A stretch of 64,000 nucleotides of DNA from Candidatus Poriferihabitaceae bacterium. Lineage in GTDB: Bacteria > Pseudomonadota > Gammaproteobacteria > Arenicellales > Poriferihabitantaceae. The stretch spans positions 2,763,039-2,827,038 of the forward strand of contig OZ243919.1 in assembly GCA_965213885.1 (NCBI GenBank). The letters run 5' to 3'. Position numbers and translations under genes: made by a program. Under the pieces are notes generated by a model that searched no databases, had not been told where the DNA came from, and saw nothing but the letters and a program-made list of their open reading frames with translations. Shown here one piece after another: positions 1 through 7,821 of this stretch (positions are counted from its first letter, which is position 1; each line of letters starts with the position of its first letter).

Positions 1-1
1 G

Positions 2-937
2 AACCCTCACGTGTTCGGTCACCGACTGCGCCAGGGCCTGCAGGTCGTACCCGCCTTCAAGTACGGAAACGAGCCGCCCTGCGCAGCACTGGTCCGCCAG
101 GTCCATCACCGCCCGGGTCATCCAGGCATAACTCTCATTGGTGAGGTTGATGAAACCCAGGGGGTCCGCCTGGTGGGCGTCGAAGCCGGCGGAAACCAGG
201 ATGAAATCCGGGCTGAACGCCCTGGCCTTCGGCAGCACCACTTCCTCGAACGCCTGCCGGTAGTGTTCGTCCCCCGACCCGGGGCTCATGGGACAGTTCA
301 CCGTGGCGCCGGCGCCGGCGCCGACACCGGTTTCCGAACGGGCGCCGGTGCCCGGGTAATGGGGATACTGGTGCAGGCTGATGAACATCACGCCGGGGTC
401 CCGCTCGAAGGCGTGCTGGGTGCCGTTGCCGTGGTGGACGTCCCAATCCAGAATCAGCACGCGTTCGACGCCGTGCCGGTGTTGCAGGTAACGCGCGGCG
501 ATCGCCACGCTGTTGTACAGGCAGAATCCCATGGCCGCATCGTGTTCCGCATGGTGGCCCGGCGGCCGCACCAGGGCAAACCCATTGTCCGCGCTCTCTT
601 CCATGACTTCGTCGGCCAGCGCCAGCAGGCTGCCGGTCGCCCTGGATGCCACCGCCGGGGATTCCGGGGATACCGCCACATCCGGCGTATCGATCCAGGG
701 GCTGCCGCTGGCACAGGCCTGCCGGATGCGTTCGGCGTAGCCCGGCCTGTGAACCAGCTCGATCCATCGCTGCTCCACGGGCACCGCCGCCACCTGCTGC
801 AGGCTTCCGTACCAGTCCTGGCGTGCAATCAGCTCCTGCACCGCCTTGAGGCGCGCACTGCGTTCCGGATGACCCGTTCCGGTATCGTGTGTCTGGAAAA
901 CGGGGTCATGGACATAGGCGGTTTTCATGACGGTCAT
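2..937 (-). CDS. Histone deacetylase-family (HDAH/AcuC-like) Zn-dependent amidohydrolase; 3' end runs off the window
   Basis: Manual translation (absent from the ORF track because there is no stop in the window): MTVMKTAYVHDPVF..HPER, RPPGHHA, GFCLYNSVA, ILDWDVHHGNGTQ, SAGFDAH, LEGGY. Confidence 0.92.
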   Translation of the reverse strand, partial: MTVMKTAYVHDPVFQTHDTGTGHPERSARLKAVQELIARQDWYGSLQQVAAVPVEQRWIELVHRPGYAERIRQACASGSPWIDTPDVAVSPESPAVASRATGSLLALADEVMEESADNGFALVRPPGHHAEHDAAMGFCLYNSVAIAARYLQHRHGVERVLILDWDVHHGNGTQHAFERDPGVMFISLHQYPHYPGTGARSETGVGAGAGATVNCPMSPGSGDEHYRQAFEEVVLPKARAFSPDFILVSAGFDAHQADPLGFINLTNESYAWMTRAVMDLADQCCAGRLVSVLEGGYDLQALAQSVTEHVRV

Positions 938-1127
938 ACGACGCTTGGCATGCGCCGAGTGTAGCATGACGGTCCGGCTGCCCATCGACTACGGGCGATG
1001 TCCTGTCCGGCCCCGGGGAGGCGACGGACCGCGTGTTCGTCCCGACCACGAATCGGGGCGGGGCAGATGCCTTCGTGCCCGGGCGGCCGAATGCACCACG
1101 AGCCCCACGGCCCCTCCCTGTTTCCGC

Positions 1128-2183
1128 CTATCCCTTCCGGCGCCGCCTTTGGCGTCCTTCCCCACGGTCGGACAGGGCTCCGGCAGCGACGCTCATCTCC
1201 CCACGCAGCTGCGCCTGCGCACCCGTGGAAACCTCCCCGAGCCGCGCCTTGATCACCTCGAGGCTCGGGGAATCCCGCCGGACATGTCCGTCAATGAAAC
1301 CGCGCATCGCCGCCACATGTCCCGGCGTCGTGCCGCAGCACCCCCCGATCACCGTGGCCCCGGCATCGATGGCAAACCCCGCATACTCCGCCATGATCTC
1401 CCGGGTTCCGCTGTAGACGATCTTGCCGTCGATATATTCCGGCACCCCGCAATTCGCCTTGACAATGATCACCGGATGGAATTCCTGCTGCACGCAGGCA
1501 GTTTTCATGTTCAGGACGGCGGCAACGGATTCCGACGGCCCGACACCGCAGTTCACGCCGATCGCGTAGGGCTGCTGGGGCATCGATTTGGCAATCTCCA
1601 CGATATCCGCGGGCGTCAGACCCATCATGGTGCGTCCGTTGGTGTCCACGCTGAAGGTGGTGATGATGGGAAGACCGACCCTGGCCGCGCCGGTGACCGC
1701 GGCTTCAGTCTCCTCCCTCGAGGACATGGTCTCGATCCAGAAGAGATCGGCGCCGCCCGCTCGGAGCGCGCTCGCCTGCTCCTCGAAGGCGTCCGCCGCA
1801 TCCTCCCGGCTGAGGGTGCCGAGAGGCTGCATGATCTCGCCCGTCGGCCCCATGGAACCGGCGACGAGAACCTTCCGGCCCGCCCGGTCAGCCTGTTGCC
1901 TTGCCAGTCTCGCCGCCTTTTCGTTCAACTCGGCAACGCGGTGTTCCGCACCGTGCAGCATCAGGCGATAACGGGTACCGCCGAAACTGTTGGTCAGGAC
2001 GATGTCGGACCCGGCACCAATGAACTCCTGGCAAAGGCTGGTGACCTTCTCCGGACAGCGGTCATTCCAGAGTTCCGGCGATTCGCCGGTCTGGAGGCCG
2101 GTTTCGAACAGGTTCGAGCCGGTGGCGCCATCCGCAAGGAGGACGCCTTTTTCTTTCAGCAGCGTGTCGAGCGCGTTTTCCAT
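1128..2183 (-). CDS. Stand-alone homocysteine S-methyltransferase domain protein (betaine-homocysteine methyltransferase-like / split MetH module)
   Basis: LADGATGSNL, TNSFGG, AGSMGPTG, GVNCG and GGCCGTTP Zn-binding cysteines; 351 aa with no pterin or cobalamin domains fused. Confidence 0.88.
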   Translation of the reverse strand: MENALDTLLKEKGVLLADGATGSNLFETGLQTGESPELWNDRCPEKVTSLCQEFIGAGSDIVLTNSFGGTRYRLMLHGAEHRVAELNEKAARLARQQADRAGRKVLVAGSMGPTGEIMQPLGTLSREDAADAFEEQASALRAGGADLFWIETMSSREETEAAVTGAARVGLPIITTFSVDTNGRTMMGLTPADIVEIAKSMPQQPYAIGVNCGVGPSESVAAVLNMKTACVQQEFHPVIIVKANCGVPEYIDGKIVYSGTREIMAEYAGFAIDAGATVIGGCCGTTPGHVAAMRGFIDGHVRRDSPSLEVIKARLGEVSTGAQAQLRGEMSVAAGALSDRGEGRQRRRRKG

Positions 2184-2216
2184 GTCCCGGTCGGTCGGAT
2201 GGCGGTATGCGGTATG

Positions 2217-2236
2217 ATATAAATATTTCTTTATAT
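2217..2236. promoter_or_regulatory. 20-bp AT-rich palindrome, candidate operator of the methyltransferase gene
   Basis: ATATAAA-TATTTC-TTTATAT (minus strand ATATAAAG-AAAT-ATTTATAT), 33 nt upstream of the ATG at 2183, in otherwise GC-rich DNA. Confidence 0.55.
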
Positions 2237-2374
2237 GATTCGATTCTACCGAATTTCAGCTCCCCGGTAAATGCTTGCACCGGTCCGCCCCAACAGTGAT
2301 AGCCTTCCGATACGGAACCGTGCTTCCGGGGTACGGTCTTACACTGCGCGAATATACAGGAATCCTTTCGAACC

Positions 2375-2803
2375 ATGACATACCGCATTCGTGTCATTCT
2401 CCCTCGTTCCCTGCTGCTGCTCTCCCTGCTGCTGTCTGCGCTCCCCCTGCGCGCCGAGGTGATCAACATCTCCAGCGACGAGCTGGCATCCCTGGTTTCC
2501 CGAGGTGTGCCGGTAGTTGACATCCGCGTTGCCCGGGAATGGCGGGAAACCGGCGTGGTGCCCGGCAGCCGGAAGCTGACGTTTTTCGACGACCGGGGAG
2601 GGTACGATGCCGGCGCCTGGCTGGCGTCGCTGGACCGGGTGGCCGACCGTAACAACCCGGTCATCCTGATCTGCCAGATCGGGACGCGCTCCAGGGTCAT
2701 CGCCAACTGGCTCAGCGAGGGTATGGGCTACAAGAAGGTCTACAACGTCACCCGGGGAATCGACGACTGGATCCGGCGCGGCCACCCCACGGCAGGAGGA
2801 TAG
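2375..2803 (+). CDS. Rhodanese-like domain protein with N-terminal signal/hydrophobic segment
   Basis: VVDIRVAREWRETG, VILICQIGTRS (active-site Cys loop), YNVTRGIDDW; hydrophobic LLLLSLLLSAL leader. Confidence 0.85.
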   Translation: MTYRIRVILPRSLLLLSLLLSALPLRAEVINISSDELASLVSRGVPVVDIRVAREWRETGVVPGSRKLTFFDDRGGYDAGAWLASLDRVADRNNPVILICQIGTRSRVIANWLSEGMGYKKVYNVTRGIDDWIRRGHPTAGG

Positions 2804-2808
2804 CGCCC

Positions 2809-3234
2809 TTGTCCAACGACACCCTTGAACTGGACCTCATCATCGAAACCATGGACTTCCTGCCGGACTGGGAGCTGCGCTACCAGTTCCTGGATGAGCT
2901 GGGCGAAAGGCTTGACCCCATGTTGCCGGAAGACATGGTTCCCGCGAACAGCGTACCGCCCTGCATGAGCACGGTCTACGTCAAGGCCAGACCCATGGAC
3001 GGCGACCCGTCGCGCATCCGTTTCGAGGGGTTCTGCGACACCCCGACGATCAAGGGCGTGGTGGCCATCCTCGTGGCGCTGTTTTCCGGCAGGACCCCGC
3101 GCGCGGTGGTGGATCTGGACACCGACGCGATGTTTGCCCGCCTGCAGCTCTTCGAGCACCTGAGTCCCACGCGGCATGTGGGGGTCTACGCCATCGTGCA
3201 GAAGATGAAAATGCAGGCGCAGGAATGTCTCTAG
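2809..3234 (+). CDS. sufE: SufE/CsdE-family sulfur acceptor protein (TTG start)
   Basis: DWELRYQFLDELG, conserved Cys in VPPCMSTVYV, D(T)PTIKGVVAIL, HLSPTR; 5 nt after the rhodanese stop. Confidence 0.85.
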   Translation: MSNDTLELDLIIETMDFLPDWELRYQFLDELGERLDPMLPEDMVPANSVPPCMSTVYVKARPMDGDPSRIRFEGFCDTPTIKGVVAILVALFSGRTPRAVVDLDTDAMFARLQLFEHLSPTRHVGVYAIVQKMKMQAQECL

Positions 3235-3352
3235 CGCCCATTCTTGTATCCGGATCGGGCAGGCACCGGGCCGAAGGTGCATCCACCCCGCGTCGCCCCG
3301 GCGGATTCGATCCCGGCACATGCCCGGACCCGCCGGAGGCCTGAGAAACCGG

Positions 3353-3982
3353 TTATCCAACCACCACGGTGTAGCTCGGGACCACCGTCTCCGACTCCTC
3401 CGCAGTTGCCGGAAACCGCGCCGTCACCATCGCCCGGAGGTGCTCGGGAACCCGGGCGTAGAGGAAGTCGGACGTGTTCCGTCCCTCTCCTGCCAGGTAG
3501 AACTGCGTGGTCAGCACGGACATCCCGGGGGCGGATATCCTGGCATGAATATGGGGCGTGCGGCCAGGATAGCTGACGGGGCGGATAGTGCGGAAGCGGA
3601 ATTCTCCTTGCCCCGAAGTGCGGGTGAATCCATAGCCCTGGAACTCCGGCTCGGAGACATCGCCCCGGTCCCGCGGGTGCTTGTAGGCACCGAAGGCGTC
3701 ACACTGCCAGATCTCCACCTTCGTGCCGGGGACGGGGTTGCCACTGGTGTCGACCACCTGGCCGGCAACATGCGCGATGATCCCGGTGGCCAGTCGGGAC
3801 ATCCCTTCCACCTGCACCAGGTCGGCGTCGGCGTCCAGGGGGATTTCCACGGGGTAGAACGGACCCGCGGTCTGCCTCGGAGTCGTCCTGGGGGCCGCAA
3901 GTGTCCCTGCGGCCGGAACCAGTGCGGCGAGACCCGCCGCCCTGATCAGCGTTCTGCGGGTGACCGACAACTTCTGAGTCAT
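3353..3982 (-). CDS. Intradiol ring-cleavage dioxygenase-family protein with Tat signal peptide
   Basis: Start trimmed to MTQKLSVTRRTLIRAAG (twin-Arg); TPRQTAGPFYP, VEIWQCDAFGAY, FRTIRPVSYPGRTPHIH (Tyr/His iron ligands). Confidence 0.85.
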   Translation of the reverse strand: MTQKLSVTRRTLIRAAGLAALVPAAGTLAAPRTTPRQTAGPFYPVEIPLDADADLVQVEGMSRLATGIIAHVAGQVVDTSGNPVPGTKVEIWQCDAFGAYKHPRDRGDVSEPEFQGYGFTRTSGQGEFRFRTIRPVSYPGRTPHIHARISAPGMSVLTTQFYLAGEGRNTSDFLYARVPEHLRAMVTARFPATAEESETVVPSYTVVVG

Positions 3983-4208
3983 ACGCAATGGACAGTCCGT
4001 CAGACGGGGGGGCGACCATGAACCGGGCATCTGCGGCTTCCCGCCACTCCCTGCGGCACGGATATCCAGCGCCGGGCCATGCACAACCTGTGGAGCATGG
4101 TGACGATGATAGCATCCCTTCGGGCCTTCATGAAAAGGTGCCCTCTCCAGGGATGAAAACCCCCCGGAGCTTTCGCCGCGGAGGGTGGTCGAGCGGACAG
4201 GCCCGCGG

Positions 4209-4364
4209 CTACTTGATCTTGCCTTCCTTGTAGATGACGTGCTTGCGCACAACGGGATCAAATTTCCTGATCTCCATTTTCTCGGTCATGGTGCGCTTGT
4301 TCTTGGTCGTGGTGTAGTAATGGCCGGTACCGGCACTGGAATTGAGCTTGATCTTGTCTCGCAT
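4209..4364 (-). CDS. rpmG: 50S ribosomal protein L33 (Cys-free form)
   Basis: Manual translation [51 protein letters not shown] (51 aa, below the ORF-track cutoff); follows rpmB. Confidence 0.97.
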   Translation of the reverse strand: MRDKIKLNSSAGTGHYYTTTKNKRTMTEKMEIRKFDPVVRKHVIYKEGKIK

Positions 4365-4375
4365 GATGAATCCTC

Positions 4376-4612
4376 TCAGATTTTTTCCCCGCGGGCGCGC
4401 ATGGCCGACAGGACCGCTTCGATACCCTTCTTGTCGATCAGGCGAAGGCCGGTGGTGGAAACCCGCAGTTTCACCCAGCGGTTCTCGTTCTCCACCCAGA
4501 AACGGCGGTGATGCAGGTTGGGCTGGAACTTGCGCCGGGTCTTGTTGTGGGCGTGGGACACGTTATTGCCCATCATCACCTGCTTTCCGGTTACTTGACA
4601 TACTCTGGCCAT
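4376..4612 (-). CDS. rpmB: 50S ribosomal protein L28
   Basis: [33 protein letters not shown]...[10 protein letters not shown]. Confidence 0.97.
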   Translation of the reverse strand: MARVCQVTGKQVMMGNNVSHAHNKTRRKFQPNLHHRRFWVENENRWVKLRVSTTGLRLIDKKGIEAVLSAMRARGEKI

Positions 4613-4789
4613 CGCCCGACTCCTGGGGATCATCTGCTGGATTGTCTCAGGGGCCGCGATTTATACCAGAAACAGCCCCTGATGTGTAGTCCGAGATTGC
4701 CCGGATCCACGTCCTGACCCGACAATCCACCCCGGATGCACGATGGGAGACTACAATCGCGTGATGAGCAGTATTCGGCGGATCGCGCA

Positions 4790-5347
4790 ATGTTGACCAA
4801 TTCCCGGAGTCGCTATGGCCTCGTGGCCGTGCTGCTGCACTGGATCATCGCCGTCGGCGTGATCGGGGAATTCGCCCTGGGCCTCTACATGACCGGGTTG
4901 GATTACTACGACCCGAAGAGCCAGGCCCTGCCCCATCTCCACGAGAGCATCGGCATACTGCTGGCGGGTGCGATCCTTCTTCGGATAGTCTGGTCCATCG
5001 CAAACCCCCGCCCGGCGCCCGGCAGCGGTGTCGGTCCGCTGGTGCGCGCCGTCTCGAGGCTGATCCAGTTCTGCATGCAGGTGCTGCTGGTGGCCATCGT
5101 GGTCTTCGGCTACCTGCTGTCCACCGCCGAGGGCGAGGACATCTCCGTATTCGACTGGTTCACCCTGCCGGCAGTGGTTGACACGGACATCAAGGGGGAG
5201 GAGGACATCTGCCTGCTCCTCCACTACTGGCTGGCCTGGACGGTGGTCGCGCTGGCCTGTCTGCACATGCTGGGCGCGCTCAAGCACCACTTTGTGGACC
5301 GGGACGGAACCCTGCGCAACATGCTGGGTCTCGGCAATGCGGACTGA
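4790..5347 (+). CDS. Cytochrome b561 (YceJ/CybB-like)
   Basis: YGLVAVLLHW, HLHESIG, LLHYWLAW, ACLHMLGALKHHF; four TM segments with heme His residues; upstream of YceI. Confidence 0.87.
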   Translation: MLTNSRSRYGLVAVLLHWIIAVGVIGEFALGLYMTGLDYYDPKSQALPHLHESIGILLAGAILLRIVWSIANPRPAPGSGVGPLVRAVSRLIQFCMQVLLVAIVVFGYLLSTAEGEDISVFDWFTLPAVVDTDIKGEEDICLLLHYWLAWTVVALACLHMLGALKHHFVDRDGTLRNMLGLGNAD

Positions 5348-5383
5348 GGCTGGTATATTTCAGTAAATCAAGAGACTTTGACC

Positions 5384-5980
5384 ATGCTTTCCCACCAGAC
5401 CGTAACCAGAAACAGCGCCCTGGTCCTGCTGGCGCTGGCGTTCTCGCTGGCCGTGCAATCCGCCCAGTCTGCGGACTACGCAATGGATATCAAGGGCAAG
5501 CACGCCTTCATCCGCTTCAAGGTGTCCCACCTGGGATTCAGCTACGTTCTCGGCGAGTTCCCGGATTTCACCGGCCGCTTCAACTGGGACGCCGACGACC
5601 CCTCGGCGGCTTCCGTGGAGGTGGACATCGAAACCGCTACCGTGGAAACCCACCACGCCAAGCGCAACGTCCACCTCCGCGGCAAGGACTTCCTGCATGT
5701 CAAGAAATACCCCACCGCCAGGTTCGTCAGCACGGGCTACGAGGAAACCGGCAGGGGCGAGGGCCTGCTTACCGGTAATCTGACCCTGCGCGGCGTCACC
5801 CACCCTGTCACCCTGGAAATGCGGCGGGTGGGCGAGGGCAAGGATCCCTGGGGCACGTACCGCGCCGGATTTGAGGGCACCACCACCATCACCATGGCCG
5901 ACTTCGGCATCGACTACAATCTGGGCCCCGCCTCCCGCACCGCGGAGATCTACTTCACGATCGAGGGCATTCGCCAGTAG
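5384..5980 (+). CDS. yceI: YceI-family periplasmic isoprenoid/lipid-binding protein
   Basis: Signal peptide, HAFIRFKVSHLGFS, RNVHLRGKDFL, GNLTLRGVT, DPWGTYRAGF; classic yceJ-yceI pair. Confidence 0.9.
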   Translation: MLSHQTVTRNSALVLLALAFSLAVQSAQSADYAMDIKGKHAFIRFKVSHLGFSYVLGEFPDFTGRFNWDADDPSAASVEVDIETATVETHHAKRNVHLRGKDFLHVKKYPTARFVSTGYEETGRGEGLLTGNLTLRGVTHPVTLEMRRVGEGKDPWGTYRAGFEGTTTITMADFGIDYNLGPASRTAEIYFTIEGIRQ

Positions 5981-6054
5981 CACGCCGACCGAATCCGCCG
6001 GCTCCCGGACGTGGCGCTGGATCGAAACGGGAGCGTCCGCCGGCGCCGGTGGGG

Positions 6055-7623
6055 TCAGGTGTTGATCTTGAGCGCGATCCGGGTCGCCTCGGTATTGTCG
6101 GAATCCGCCTGCGCGACCAGTTCCGCCAACAACTGGCGGGCGTAGGAAAGCTGCTCCTCTCCGAGTTCGGTGTACTGTGCGTGGCTGGCGCCACGGAACA
6201 CGTCCACCGCGGCCCCGATTTCCGCCACGGCACTGTCCGCGATCTCGAGATCACCGGTCATGGCTGCCAACTCCCGCCGGGCCACGCCCAGGTTCGCCTT
6301 GGCCATGGCCCAGGTCATCGGCACCTTCTCCCGGGTCCATTCCAGCAGCGTGTTCCCGTAGGCCTCGGCGGCCTGCCGCATGATGTCCGGATCTTCCTCG
6401 CGCTGAGCCAGCTTCTGCAGCGCTGCACCCAGGTTGTTGTGGGTCATGGCCCACTCCCCGGGCAGGCGGTCACGGGGACGCTCGGCCAGGGCGCTCCTGT
6501 AGGCCGCCACCGCCTGCTCCAGGGTGCGTGGCCCCCGACGGTGCTCCCCGAGAGCCCGCAGCGCGGAACCGAGATTGTCCATGGCGGCGGCCCAGTCCAG
6601 CGGCACCGTTCCCCGGGTCCAGACCCGTAACACACCCTTGTAGGCCTCCACGGCGCGTTTCAGGACCTTGGGATCCTTGTTTTTCCGTCCGAGCGACTGC
6701 AGCACCGCCGCCTGGTTGTTCATCGTTGAAGCCCAGTCCCGGGGCATCCGTTCCTCGCTGCGCAGGGCAAGCGCCTGCCCGAACGCCTCCAGCGCATGAT
6801 TGAGCAGTCCATCGTCCGCCTGCCGCTGTCCCAGCGAGCCCAGGGCATTCCCGAGGCCGTTCTGCGCGGCCGCCCACTCAACCGGGGCGGTTTCTGGGTC
6901 ACGAAGGTCCAGCGCCTCGCGGAATGCGTCGATGGCGTCCTCGAGATAACGTGTGCCCATGCGGCGCTGGCCAACGATACCGAGCACGTTGCCCAGGCTT
7001 TCGAGGCTGCCGGCACGGTATTGCGGGCATCCGCATTCCTCCGCGAGCGGCAGGGCACGGGTTCGCAGCAGATCGATCGAGGCCGTCAGCGCGGTGTCAT
7101 CATCAAATTCCCGCCCATGGTCCTCAAGCAATGTCGCCTGAAGCTGGACAAGCTGCCACTGCCGGGGCGCGGAAAGGCCCGGCGTGCCTGCAGCCCGGCG
7201 GCAGAGGTCCGCCGCCGCCAGGTGGTCCTGGCCTGACGCGGCAGCCAGCGCGCGGCATTCAAGCACCGATGCCAGCGCCGCGGGGCCGGCGGAAGCAGCC
7301 GCCCGCTCCAGGTCCCCGAGGCGGGAAACCAGTTCCGGGGGGGGGATCGCCCTGCCGGTTTCCAGAATGCCTGCCAGAACCCCGGCGGCCTCTGTGACGC
7401 CGCCCGGGTTCGCGAAGTCCGCAGACAGTTCCGACAGCCTGTCCCAAAGGGTCACGAGCCTCCGGTATCCCGCCTCCAGGAGGCTGGATACCTGGATGGG
7501 GCGGACACCCCGGGCGGTAATGCATGCCAGCAGCGGCCCGAGCGCCTCCGGCGACGCGTCGAGGTTCCTCGAGGCCGTTTCGAGTGCTGCCCTTTCATGG
7601 TCAGGGATGTCGGTTGGGACCAT
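6055..7623 (-). CDS. Tetratricopeptide-repeat protein
   Basis: Five to six tandem ~46-aa repeats of the type P.EWAAAQNGLGNAL / P.DWASTMNNQAAVL / P.EWAMTHNNLGAAL; the N-terminal ~150 aa is unassigned. Start chosen at ATG 7623. Confidence 0.8.
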   Translation of the reverse strand: MVPTDIPDHERAALETASRNLDASPEALGPLLACITARGVRPIQVSSLLEAGYRRLVTLWDRLSELSADFANPGGVTEAAGVLAGILETGRAIPPPELVSRLGDLERAAASAGPAALASVLECRALAAASGQDHLAAADLCRRAAGTPGLSAPRQWQLVQLQATLLEDHGREFDDDTALTASIDLLRTRALPLAEECGCPQYRAGSLESLGNVLGIVGQRRMGTRYLEDAIDAFREALDLRDPETAPVEWAAAQNGLGNALGSLGQRQADDGLLNHALEAFGQALALRSEERMPRDWASTMNNQAAVLQSLGRKNKDPKVLKRAVEAYKGVLRVWTRGTVPLDWAAAMDNLGSALRALGEHRRGPRTLEQAVAAYRSALAERPRDRLPGEWAMTHNNLGAALQKLAQREEDPDIMRQAAEAYGNTLLEWTREKVPMTWAMAKANLGVARRELAAMTGDLEIADSAVAEIGAAVDVFRGASHAQYTELGEEQLSYARQLLAELVAQADSDNTEATRIALKINT

Positions 7624-7821
7624 ATCGTTGCCGCAAATTTGTGAGAGCCGAACGGCCGAAATACGGGGAGATCGGGCGCCTTGCCGCCACGCACCCACCC
7701 AAACCCGGCGGATGCGCCGGAACGGCTCCGGCCAGGAAGACGCCGGCCGCGGGTTGCACCGGCGGGAACACCCCGGGCGGAAAACCCTACCGCCCGGGTC
7801 GCGGCCATCCCCGAAGACGGG

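Noticed and set aside
11-964. 317-aa plus-strand ORF and similar long ORFs (927..2222, 7681..9660, 18774..20201, 22073..23704, 32602..34233, 49685..51073, 56401..58164)
   Set aside because: Antisense shadows of well-supported genes; long open frames are expected at this GC content and they carry no motifs.
2184-2374. SAM or SAH riboswitch upstream of the methyltransferase
   Set aside because: I could not match the conserved cores of SAM-II/V, SAM-SAH or SAH riboswitches; a DNA palindrome explains the region better. An Rfam scan would settle it.
6300-7050. Repetitive DNA that could suggest a CRISPR array or VNTR
   Set aside because: The repeats are degenerate, in-frame TPR coding units; no repeat-spacer array or cas gene anywhere in the window.
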